DNA of 62,323 bases, filler included. It is 7 parts of 7 records of this genome, joined end to end, with 100 filler letters (N's around TTAATTAATTAA, not from the genome) between each part and the next. Parts side by side here need not be neighbours in the genome. Positions count along the whole stretch, not along the records: positions 51,427 to 56,669 come from SRR31156797_33415; positions 56,770 to 62,323 come from SRR31156797_33473; 5 more parts are not named here. One strand, written 5' to 3'. The notes beneath the pieces were generated by a model, which searched no databases, was not told the origin of the DNA, and saw only the letters and a list, made by a program, of their open reading frames with translations. The translations under genes and the position numbers were made by a program. Shown here piece after piece: positions 54,160 to 62,323 of this stretch. Each line of letters begins with the position of its first letter. The stretch's first letter is position 1.

Positions 54160-54619
54160 TAGATCCTCCTGAATTGTCTTATGACGGCAATTATTTGCCT
54201 GTTTTGGGCCGTCTTTCCCTTGTAGAGCGGCCCCATGAAGATTGGTTCATCATCCATGCATGAGCATAGGAAAACTCTTAGGAAGCAGAGGTCGCATCCG
54301 GTTTCAGTTCAAAAAGAGAGATTCCCCTGCGAGTCGCAAATCAGATGAATTATTGGAAGTCTATACTAAATCTATAACATGAGTCAGATGACAGGTCAAT
54401 CCTGATATGGACGTCATTAATAGACTCATTATAAAAAAATGCCTTTTAATTCTGGTCAAGATTAGGAAAATCAAGTAGTATAGGCGACCGATAGTCAGTT
54501 AACAATCGCTGGTTCTTAAATGGGAAATTCCCGAAACCGTCTCACGCCAGTGGGCGCGGGACATACCATGCCGCCGGTTGCACGTCTGTCGGAAATTGCC
54601 GGGAAAACAGGAGAAGATC

Positions 54620-55585
54620 ATGATTGAAGAAGTCCTTCCGAATTTATTCCGGTTGGAAATTCCACTGCCTGACAACCCCCTCAAATGGGTTAACTCTTAT
54701 GTCGTCAAGTCGGATGAAGGCGCCCTTATAATCGATACGGGCCTTAATCGCGATGAGTGTCATGAAGCCATGCTTTCAGGATTAAAGGAACTGGATGTAG
54801 ACCTGGCCGATGTCTTCTTTTTTATCACTCACCTGCACGCGGATCATTTCGGCCTGGTCGCCAGGCTGGTCAGCGACCCCGGCCGGATCTATTTCAGCCG
54901 CCCGGAAACCGAAATTATTGAATCATGGAGCGGTTGGGAGCCCATGATACAATACGCGGCCCGCAACGGTTACCCTGAAGAGCTTCTTCGTCAGGCCCTG
55001 GACGCTCACCCGGGATTCAAGCACAGTTCCAAGTGGGTCCCTGACATGAAAACATTGACGGACGGCGACACAATAGAGGCAGGCGATTATAAATTCACAT
55101 GCGTGGAAACGCCGGGACATACACGCGGTCATATCTGCCTTTACGAACCAGCGGCTAAAATTCTGATTTCAGGGGATCACATTTTGGGCGATATCACGCC
55201 TAACATCCAGTGCTGGTCCGATGAAGAAAATTCTTTAAAGAGTTACCTGGAAAGTCTGGACAAGACTGCAAAGCTGGACGTGGATCTCGTGTTGCCCGGG
55301 CATCGGACGTTGATACCGGATCTTTACGCGCGAATCCACGAACTCAAGGAGCATCACCGCGCCAGGTTGGCCGAGGTGGTTGATATTTTGAAAAGCGGAT
55401 CCAGGAGCGCTTTTGAAACCGCATCACTTATGAGTTGGGATTTGACCGGGGGCTGGGAAGAATTTCCGTTAGCCCAAAAATGGTTTGCCACGGCCGAGGC
55501 AACGGCTCACTTGCGCTGCCTGGAAGAAGACGGCGTGATCGCCAGGCAGGCTAATCCGGAGCGGATAATCTACGAATTGAGTTAG
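54620..55585 (+). CDS. Metallo-beta-lactamase-fold hydrolase
   Basis: IDTG, THLHADH, TPGHT, SGDH and PGH; GGAG RBS before the ATG at 54620. Confidence 0.9.
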   Translation: MIEEVLPNLFRLEIPLPDNPLKWVNSYVVKSDEGALIIDTGLNRDECHEAMLSGLKELDVDLADVFFFITHLHADHFGLVARLVSDPGRIYFSRPETEIIESWSGWEPMIQYAARNGYPEELLRQALDAHPGFKHSSKWVPDMKTLTDGDTIEAGDYKFTCVETPGHTRGHICLYEPAAKILISGDHILGDITPNIQCWSDEENSLKSYLESLDKTAKLDVDLVLPGHRTLIPDLYARIHELKEHHRARLAEVVDILKSGSRSAFETASLMSWDLTGGWEEFPLAQKWFATAEATAHLRCLEEDGVIARQANPERIIYELS

Positions 55586-55631
55586 CGCCTGAACCATCAA
55601 CATTTTATATAAAACTGCTTTAAATTTCTTG

Positions 55632-55664
55632 GTAGGTTGGGTTGCGCAGCGTAACTCAATCTAC
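55632..55664 (+). repeat. GTAG-type REP-like palindrome
   Basis: GTAGGTTGGGTTGCG-cag-CGTAACTCAATCTAC: 15-bp arms whose three mismatches are all G-T on the plus strand. Confidence 0.65.
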
Positions 55665-55768
55665 GGTATTTCTTGCGGCGCAGTTATAGCGATCCATTTA
55701 AACCAAATTAAAAGGCGCAGCCTCGGCTCCCATATTTTTAAGGCGCGCGATTGTGTGGAGGATTATAA

Positions 55769-56669
55769 ATGATGGAAAACAGGCTTTCTCATCTATTGTC
55801 CCCGGTGACGATTAACGGCATGGAACTTAAAAACAGGGCGGTCATGCCGCCGATGGGGACCGGGTACGGCGCCCCTGACGGAACCGTTACGGAAAGGCTG
55901 GCCGCATACCTGGCCCGGCGCGCCCAAGGCGGCACTGGGCTTATTATCACAGAGGTGTGCGCTGTCGACCCCCTGGGAAAAGGCTTCCCGAATGAATTCG
56001 GGGCCTATGACGACCGTTTCATCGACGGGTTGACCATGCTGGCCGACAGGATTCATGGTTCAGGCGGCAAGGTCGCGCTGCAGCTTCACCATGCCGGACG
56101 TGAAACTTTCAAGGATGTCATAGGGGCGGATCCCGAGGCGCCGTCCGCCATACCAAGCCCCATATTGGGGCAGCCCTGCGTGGAAATGAGCAGGGAAAGG
56201 ATCGCGGAACTTGTAGAGGCTTACGGCGCGGCCGCGTTAAGGGCACAGAAGGCCGGGTTTGACGCAGTGGAAATTCATGGCGCCCATGGATACCTGGTGG
56301 GACAGTTTCTGTCTCCCTTTTCCAACAACCGTGAAGATGAATACGGAGGGTCGGATGAGAACAGGGCCCGGTTCGCACTCGAAATAATTAAGTCGGTGCG
56401 GGAGAAAGTAGGTTCTGCTTTCCCGATTTTGATCCGCATATCAGTGGAAGAGGGGGTCCGGGGCGGGTACGAACTGGATTTCACGAAATGGCTGGCGCCC
56501 CGACTCGTTGAAGCCGGCGTCGACGCCATCCACGCTTCGGTCGGAGTTTATTCCACGCCCGGCAACCTTTCCATTGCAGTCATGGACACCGAACCGGGCT
56601 TCAACCTGTTTCGGGCCCGGGCCATGAAAGAAGTCGTGGACGTTCCTGTAATCGGCGTGGGGCGAATAA
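55769..56669 (+). CDS. NADH:flavin oxidoreductase (Old Yellow Enzyme / enoate reductase family), 3'-truncated
   Basis: LKNRAVMPPM, QLHHAGR, GFDAVEIHGAHGYL..FLSP..N.R.DEYGGS. Confidence 0.92.
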
Positions 56670-56769
56670 NNNNNNNNNNNNNNNNNNNNNNNNNNNNNNN
56701 NNNNNNNNNNNNNTTAATTAATTAANNNNNNNNNNNNNNNNNNNNNNNNNNNNNNNNNNNNNNNNNNNN
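56670..56769. other. Artificial contig spacer
   Basis: N44-TTAATTAATTAA-N44. Confidence 0.97.
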
Positions 56770-56935
56770 ATTTTGAATTAAAGTGATCTGAAACAATAAG
56801 GTGTTTTATTTTTAAGGAAGAATTGAGAACCTCCAAAACCATTTTGTTGCCTTCAACAAGAAATAGGTTCTCTTTTATACGGTATTTTTTTATTGCAAGC
56901 GATTTTATAAGTTTTATTGTACTTTTACCAATCAT
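56770..56935 (-). CDS. TrmH/SpoU-family RNA methyltransferase, 5' part
   Basis: IKLIKSLAIKKYR..FLVEGNKMVLE N-terminus; divergent from the Omp85 gene as usual in Bacteroidota. Confidence 0.75.
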
Positions 56936-57045
56936 TTATTTTCTGTACGTTTAATATAATAATTGAAGTAAAGTTACTGTTTCTACTATAACTCTTTATT
57001 ATTTTTGCAGAATAAAAGTTTGTTCAATTAATTGGGAAGAATAAT

Positions 57046-59370
57046 ATGCAGGTAAAGGCTTTGATGAAATGTATGGCACTAATTGCTGTATTATTATTGG
57101 CTTCTTGCTCCCAAACACGATTTGTTCCTGAACAGGAGTACTTATTGCATCGAGTCGATTTAGAAATTGATAATTCTGAAATTAATAAGGAACAAGCCAG
57201 GAGTTTTGTGCGTCAAAAAGAAAACTATAAAATTTTAGGATTTATAAAGTTTTATTTGCTTTTGTATAATCTGTCTTCAAAGAAAAAAACGGATGACTGG
57301 TTAAAACGGATTGGAGAGGCTCCGCAACTTTATGACAAGGTGTTGGCGAAAAATTCAGTTGAACAACTGAAACAATATATGGATCACCGTGGATATTACC
57401 AGGCTAGTGTAAAAGAGGAGGTTACCTTTAACGAAAAAAAACAAAAAGCATCGTTAAAATTTAATGTTGAAACAGGTAATCAATATATCATTCGTAAGGT
57501 AGACTATCACTTTAAAACCCCACAATTACAAGCTATTTTTTTTAGAGACTCGGCAGTAACAAAAATTCACACAGGTACTCCATTTGATATTTATGAGCTG
57601 GAAAAACAACAGAGAAGTATTGTTTCTTTGTACCAGAATAACGGTTACTTCTATTTTTCAAAGAACCAGGTAAGGTACCTGGCAGATACCACAAAGTACG
57701 ATAAACAGGTTACGCTTGATTTATTTATTGGAGAGCCCAGGAATAGTCAGGTTGATAGTTCCAGAATATTAAAACCATTTTATATAAATAAGTTTAGTTA
57801 TTCGGTATTGCCAGGGAATACACCCGTAACGGCCAATCGCGATAGGGGATTAACTTTTACGGATACCATAAGTTGGGATAACTCAACTCTTTATGCCAAT
57901 AAACAAGTATCATATCCGCCTGCATTATTTGACCGAAGCAACCAAATGCGCAAAGATGAGCTATATAATACTTCCGATGTTGAGAATACTTTTAATGCAT
58001 TTAACCGGCTAAGACAATTTCGGTTTGTTGATATTCAATTTAGTGAATCTTATCCTGATCAGGATACCAATTTGCTGGATTGCAGCATTAGACTTGCTCC
58101 TTTGAATAAACAATCTACTTCATTTGATATCGAAGGAACTAATACATCAGGGAACCTCGGTGTTGCAGGTAATATTTATTATCAACACAGGAATTTATTT
58201 AAAGGGGCAGAGGTTTTTCAGTTACGCTTAAAAGGGGCAGTTGAGCGATTACACCGAAAAGTCGGGGATGGAATAGAGAATTTTAATACCAGAGAACTTG
58301 GGGTGGAATCAAACCTTATAATTCCAAAATTATTGGGGCCGGGGAAGTACATTAAAAGTTTCGATAAGAATCTTCCGAAAACAGTACTTAATATTGGTTA
58401 TAACTACCAACGACGACCAGAATATACGCGTACAATATCAAACTTAAAATTAGGTTACGATTGGAAGACAACACAGAATTTAAGTCACCTTTGGAATTTC
58501 CTGGATGTCAATGTTGTGAATTTATACGAATTTGATCCCGAATTTATTAACTCAATTAAGGATCTTTACATTAAAAGTAGTTTTACCGACCACTTGATTT
58601 TCGCAATGAATTATTCAATAATTTATAATAATCAACGTTCGGTTTCTACCAAAAGATATACTTATGCCAGGTTAAACCTTGAAAGCTCTGGAAATATGTT
58701 ATGGGCACTTTCGGAAATAGCCGGGAAAAAGAAAGAAATTGAAATCGATACCCTGTCAAATGATCAAGACCTGGTTTATAAGTACTTTGGGATTCAGTTT
58801 GCTCAATACATTAAAGCTGATGTTGAGGTTCGCAGGGCTTTTCAGCTTGATAAATACAATTCGGTTGTTGGTCGGGCATTTGTCGGAGTTGGACTCCCAT
58901 ACGGAAACTCAAAGGTTTTACCCTACGAGAAACAATACTTTGCCGGAGGTGCAAATGGTATTAGAGCTTGGCAGGTGAGGTCACTTGGGCCGGGGACTTA
59001 TAAGGCCGATGAAGGAGCATATCCAAACCAATCAGCAGATATAAAACTGGAAGCAAACTTAGAGTATCGGTTTAAGTTACTTGGATCGTTAGAGGGGGCT
59101 TTATTTTTAGATGCAGGAAATATTTGGGCTATAAACAGAAACGATAACAGGGAGGGCGCTCTTTTCAAGTTCAAAAACTTCTACAGGCAAATTGCGATTG
59201 GCACCGGCACAGGATTTCGATTCGACCTATCGTATTTTATTTTGCGTACTGACATCGGAATGAAATTACGTGATCCTTCTGCAGAAAATGGGCAAAAGTG
59301 GATAATTGGGAACCGAAAAATTAGTGGTGATGATTTTGCATTTTCATTTGCCATAGGGTATCCATTTTAA
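57046..59370 (+). CDS. Omp85-family (TamL/TamA-like) outer-membrane lipoprotein
   Basis: Lipobox LASC, POTRA-like region, FAGGANGIRAW..RSLGPG and C-terminal AIGYPF. Confidence 0.9.
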   Translation: MQVKALMKCMALIAVLLLASCSQTRFVPEQEYLLHRVDLEIDNSEINKEQARSFVRQKENYKILGFIKFYLLLYNLSSKKKTDDWLKRIGEAPQLYDKVLAKNSVEQLKQYMDHRGYYQASVKEEVTFNEKKQKASLKFNVETGNQYIIRKVDYHFKTPQLQAIFFRDSAVTKIHTGTPFDIYELEKQQRSIVSLYQNNGYFYFSKNQVRYLADTTKYDKQVTLDLFIGEPRNSQVDSSRILKPFYINKFSYSVLPGNTPVTANRDRGLTFTDTISWDNSTLYANKQVSYPPALFDRSNQMRKDELYNTSDVENTFNAFNRLRQFRFVDIQFSESYPDQDTNLLDCSIRLAPLNKQSTSFDIEGTNTSGNLGVAGNIYYQHRNLFKGAEVFQLRLKGAVERLHRKVGDGIENFNTRELGVESNLIIPKLLGPGKYIKSFDKNLPKTVLNIGYNYQRRPEYTRTISNLKLGYDWKTTQNLSHLWNFLDVNVVNLYEFDPEFINSIKDLYIKSSFTDHLIFAMNYSIIYNNQRSVSTKRYTYARLNLESSGNMLWALSEIAGKKKEIEIDTLSNDQDLVYKYFGIQFAQYIKADVEVRRAFQLDKYNSVVGRAFVGVGLPYGNSKVLPYEKQYFAGGANGIRAWQVRSLGPGTYKADEGAYPNQSADIKLEANLEYRFKLLGSLEGALFLDAGNIWAINRNDNREGALFKFKNFYRQIAIGTGTGFRFDLSYFILRTDIGMKLRDPSAENGQKWIIGNRKISGDDFAFSFAIGYPF

Positions 59371-59487
59371 ATCTTTCGCTTTTTTAACTTAACTTTTTTG
59401 TCGTGAATTAATTTTTTGCATTTTTGAGGCGCAATTTGTTAAAGGTTGTAATCAAAAAGGCATTATTATTTACAAATATTTTATTCT

Positions 59488-60855
59488 ATGGCAAATCTTC
59501 CTACAGGGAATCGTGATTCATTTAGTTCAAAATTTGGTGTTATTGCAGCAGCGGCAGGATCTGCAGTAGGTCTGGGTAACATTTGGAAATTCCCTTATAT
59601 TACAGGTGTTTACGGTGGAGCTGCTTTTCTTTTTGTATACCTTGGATTTATACTGGCCATAGGAATACCAATTATGTTATCGGAATTAATAATCGGAAGA
59701 AGTTCCAGAAGTAATGCCTTTGGTGCCTTTAAAGTTTTGGCTCCAGGAACTTCCTGGAGGTATATCGGTATTCTTGGAGTAAGTGCCGCATTTCTAATTC
59801 TTTCTTTCTATGGTGTTGTTGCCGGATGGAGTTTGCAATATATTTCTTTTGCGATTCAAGACGGATTCTCAAACAAATCGCCTGAGGAAATAACAACTAT
59901 GTTTAGTACCCTAACCGCTGCTCCGGTAAGACCAGTAGTTTTGCAACTTATATTTATGTTGCTTACAGGTGCTATTGTAATTGTTGGGATTAAAAAGGGG
60001 ATAGAAAAATATACGAAAATATTAATGCCCTTGCTGATTCTGATACTGCTGTTCCTGGGGATTAAATCGTTAACTCTTGATGGGGCAAAAGCAGGAATGG
60101 AGTTTCTTTTCAAGCCTGATTTTTCAAAACTAAACGGTGATGGAATACTTAGCGCTCTGGGACACGCTTTTTTTACCTTAAGCCTGGGGATGGGAACCCT
60201 GATTACTTATGGATCGTATGTTAAGAATGATAACAACTTGCTAAGCACTGCTTTAAGTGTTACTATTGCCGATACCGTAATTGCCCTAATGGCCGGAATT
60301 GCTATTTTTCCTGCAGTGTTCGCTTTTAATATTGCTCCTACCGAAGGTCCCGGCTTGATATTTGTAACGCTTCCAAATGTTTTTTACCAAATGCCTGGCG
60401 GCTATATTTTTTCGGTTCTTTTCTTCTTGCTTCTCTCTGTGGCTGCATTAACTTCTTCTATTTCAATTCTCGAAGTGGTTGTTGCTTATTTTAAGGAAGA
60501 GTTTAAGATGAATCGAAAATTTGCAACCGTACTGGCAACAGTTCTCATCTCTTTACTTGGTATTCTTTGCTCACTTTCCATGGGGTCATTGTCTTCTTTT
60601 ACCCTTTTCGGATTAAATTTCTTTGATTTGATGGATTGGATTTCGGCTAATTTACTTTTACCCGTTGGAGGTATGTTTATTGCTATTTTTATTGGCTGGG
60701 TTTATGGCCGGAAAAGAGTTCAAAAAGAAATGTCAAAAGGAGGAGCTTTGTCTGGTGCTCTTTTAACTGTATTTATATTTTTGGTAAAATTTATTGCTCC
60801 TATTGCTATCGCTATTGTTTTATTGAATAAAGTTGGGTTGTTACAGTTTAATTAG
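59488..60855 (+). CDS. SNF-family sodium-dependent transporter
   Basis: GSAVGLGNIWKFPY, GGAAF, FFTLSLGMG, TYGSY and GPGLIF. Confidence 0.93.
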   Translation: MANLPTGNRDSFSSKFGVIAAAAGSAVGLGNIWKFPYITGVYGGAAFLFVYLGFILAIGIPIMLSELIIGRSSRSNAFGAFKVLAPGTSWRYIGILGVSAAFLILSFYGVVAGWSLQYISFAIQDGFSNKSPEEITTMFSTLTAAPVRPVVLQLIFMLLTGAIVIVGIKKGIEKYTKILMPLLILILLFLGIKSLTLDGAKAGMEFLFKPDFSKLNGDGILSALGHAFFTLSLGMGTLITYGSYVKNDNNLLSTALSVTIADTVIALMAGIAIFPAVFAFNIAPTEGPGLIFVTLPNVFYQMPGGYIFSVLFFLLLSVAALTSSISILEVVVAYFKEEFKMNRKFATVLATVLISLLGILCSLSMGSLSSFTLFGLNFFDLMDWISANLLLPVGGMFIAIFIGWVYGRKRVQKEMSKGGALSGALLTVFIFLVKFIAPIAIAIVLLNKVGLLQFN

Positions 60856-61052
60856 TTGGCCTTGAGTTAATTCAATTTATTTTTTCAATCAGGATGTTTG
60901 TTGTAACAGATAATGTTTTGTGCCAGGGATTATGGAAGTGACAAGAAGAATGGTTTTCTTGTGAATGATTTCCATTGAGAGTTTCAAAATTATTTGTTTC
61001 ACTTGGAGAAATGTATTAATTTCAAGACTAAACATTTTCATTCCCAGGTGCA

Positions 61053-62153
61053 ATGAGCTTCGGATGGCGAAAAATAAGGAATGGTTTTCTCGAATATTCA
61101 CGAGGCGACCGAAATGCAATAATAATATTGTCCTTGCTCATAATTCTTACGATTATTGCTAATATAATTGTTCGCTCGATTGAAATAGACCCTGCTTTTT
61201 CTCCCGAAGAAGTTGAGCAGGTTTATGCCGAATGGAATAGAACAGAGAAGCCAGAACCTAGGTTTGAACAGAATTTATTGTTTGGCTTTAATCCAAATAC
61301 GATTTCAAAAACTGCATTGGACTCGTTAGCAATCCCTGAAAACGTAAAGAAAAATTTGCTTAAATACAGAAACGCAGGAGGAAAATTTAAATCCAAAAAC
61401 CAACTAAAAAAGTTGTATGGAATGACAGATTCAGTTTATAAAATAATTGAACCATACATTCTTATTCCAAAACCAAAAAAGAGAAAAGCTGAACCGGAAA
61501 TAGCTCTCAGTAAGAAAACAGTTTTATTTGGGACCTTCGATCCAAATACTGCCAATATTGATACCCTTTTAAAATATGAAATGAATAAATTTCAAGCGAA
61601 AAATCTGCTGGCGTATCGAAACTCCAGTGGTCGATTTAACACCCCCGACGATTTATTGAAGGTTTATGGTTTGGATTCGTTAGACCTGAGGAGAATCCAG
61701 AAATATATTCTTATTGAATCTAATGATATTATAGAAACGGTGAATATAGCTGTTGTTCCAATCGAAATAAACTCTGCTGATTCTGTTCGTTTGGTGCTTC
61801 TAAAGGGAATTGGTCCTGTTTTTGCCAGACGAATAATGGCTTATCGTAATTTGCTTGGAGGTTATTCAAAGAAAGAACAATTGCTTGAGGTATATGGTTT
61901 TACAGCCGAACGTTATGCCGGTATTGAAAAATACATAAGTGTTGATACAACTTTGATCCGGAAAATGCGCCTGAACTATGTGGAATTTTCAGAAATGCTT
62001 CGGCATCCATATTTTAAAAAGGAACAAGTTACCTTAATACTGAAAGAAAAGGAGGAGATAGGTCCTATAAAAGATATTTCTGAATTGAGAAAAATAGAAG
62101 GTATTGATTCAGAATTTGTAAAAAAAATAAGGCCTTATATTCGTTTTGAATAA
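61053..62153 (+). CDS. Helix-hairpin-helix repeat protein (ComEA-like), N-terminal TM segment
   Basis: Repeats FNPN..YRNAGGKF, FDPN and INSADS..LKGIGPVFARRI. Confidence 0.82.
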   Translation: MSFGWRKIRNGFLEYSRGDRNAIIILSLLIILTIIANIIVRSIEIDPAFSPEEVEQVYAEWNRTEKPEPRFEQNLLFGFNPNTISKTALDSLAIPENVKKNLLKYRNAGGKFKSKNQLKKLYGMTDSVYKIIEPYILIPKPKKRKAEPEIALSKKTVLFGTFDPNTANIDTLLKYEMNKFQAKNLLAYRNSSGRFNTPDDLLKVYGLDSLDLRRIQKYILIESNDIIETVNIAVVPIEINSADSVRLVLLKGIGPVFARRIMAYRNLLGGYSKKEQLLEVYGFTAERYAGIEKYISVDTTLIRKMRLNYVEFSEMLRHPYFKKEQVTLILKEKEEIGPIKDISELRKIEGIDSEFVKKIRPYIRFE

Positions 62154-62269
62154 TTTTGCAAAACTGAATTTTGAGTTTAGGAAATATTATTTTTTTGCTT
62201 TAAATTTGATATACTATGAATTATTTCTAAATTTGCGCCTCAATTTTTAAAAATGTAAAACCGATAGAT

Positions 62270-62323
62270 ATGATTATTATTCCGGTAAAAGAGGGCGAAA
62301 ATATTGAAAGAGCTTTAAAAAGG
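62270..62323 (+). CDS. rpsU: 30S ribosomal protein S21, 5' end
   Basis: Translation MIIIPVKEGENIERALKR; TAAATTTG Bacteroidota -7 box at 62228-62235. Confidence 0.9.
   Translation, partial: MIIIPVKEGENIERALKR

Overview
The window is not one locus. It is seven unrelated contigs joined by six artificial 100-nt spacers (N44-TTAATTAATTAA-N44), so gene neighbourhoods only count within a segment. Taxonomic labels below are inferred from protein style and GC content. (1) 1-11964, Bacteroidota-like housekeeping DNA: 5' end of hcp with a perfect Crp/Fnr-type palindrome, HAD phosphatase, nuclease, uvrB, primary sigma factor, Do protease, dapF, Cache hybrid kinase, LOG protein, 3' end of gyrB. (2) 12065-18207, Bacteroidota-like: between glyQS and a DUF4834-like gene sits a five-gene cassette of three tandem divergent QueC-like PP-loop/Zn proteins, a TupA-like ATP-grasp ligase and a glutamine-dependent AsnB-type amidotransferase. 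This is the best candidate for an undescribed system. (3) 18308-32429, Desulfobacterota-like: alpha-2-macroglobulin/pbpC divergent from a WYL regulator with a GAC-N7-GTC palindrome, then GNAT, nitroreductase, amidohydrolase, an unknown 578-aa protein and a CPBP protease. (4) 32530-39692, Campylobacterota-like: infB-rbfA-rimP-ribD-prmA-ftsH-psd-like and a tRNA 3' end, with a 105-bp strand-asymmetric palindrome between infB and rbfA. (5) 39793-51326, Bacteroidota-like respiratory nitrate reductase operon (diheme cytochrome c, narGHJI, two narK genes) with a structured leader. (6) 51427-56669, Desulfobacterota-like: YitT, acyl-CoA ligase, MBL hydrolase, flavin oxidoreductase. (7) 56770-62323, Bacteroidota-like: TrmH, Omp85 protein, SNF transporter, HhH protein, rpsU. 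All calls come from motif recognition by eye; no searches were run.
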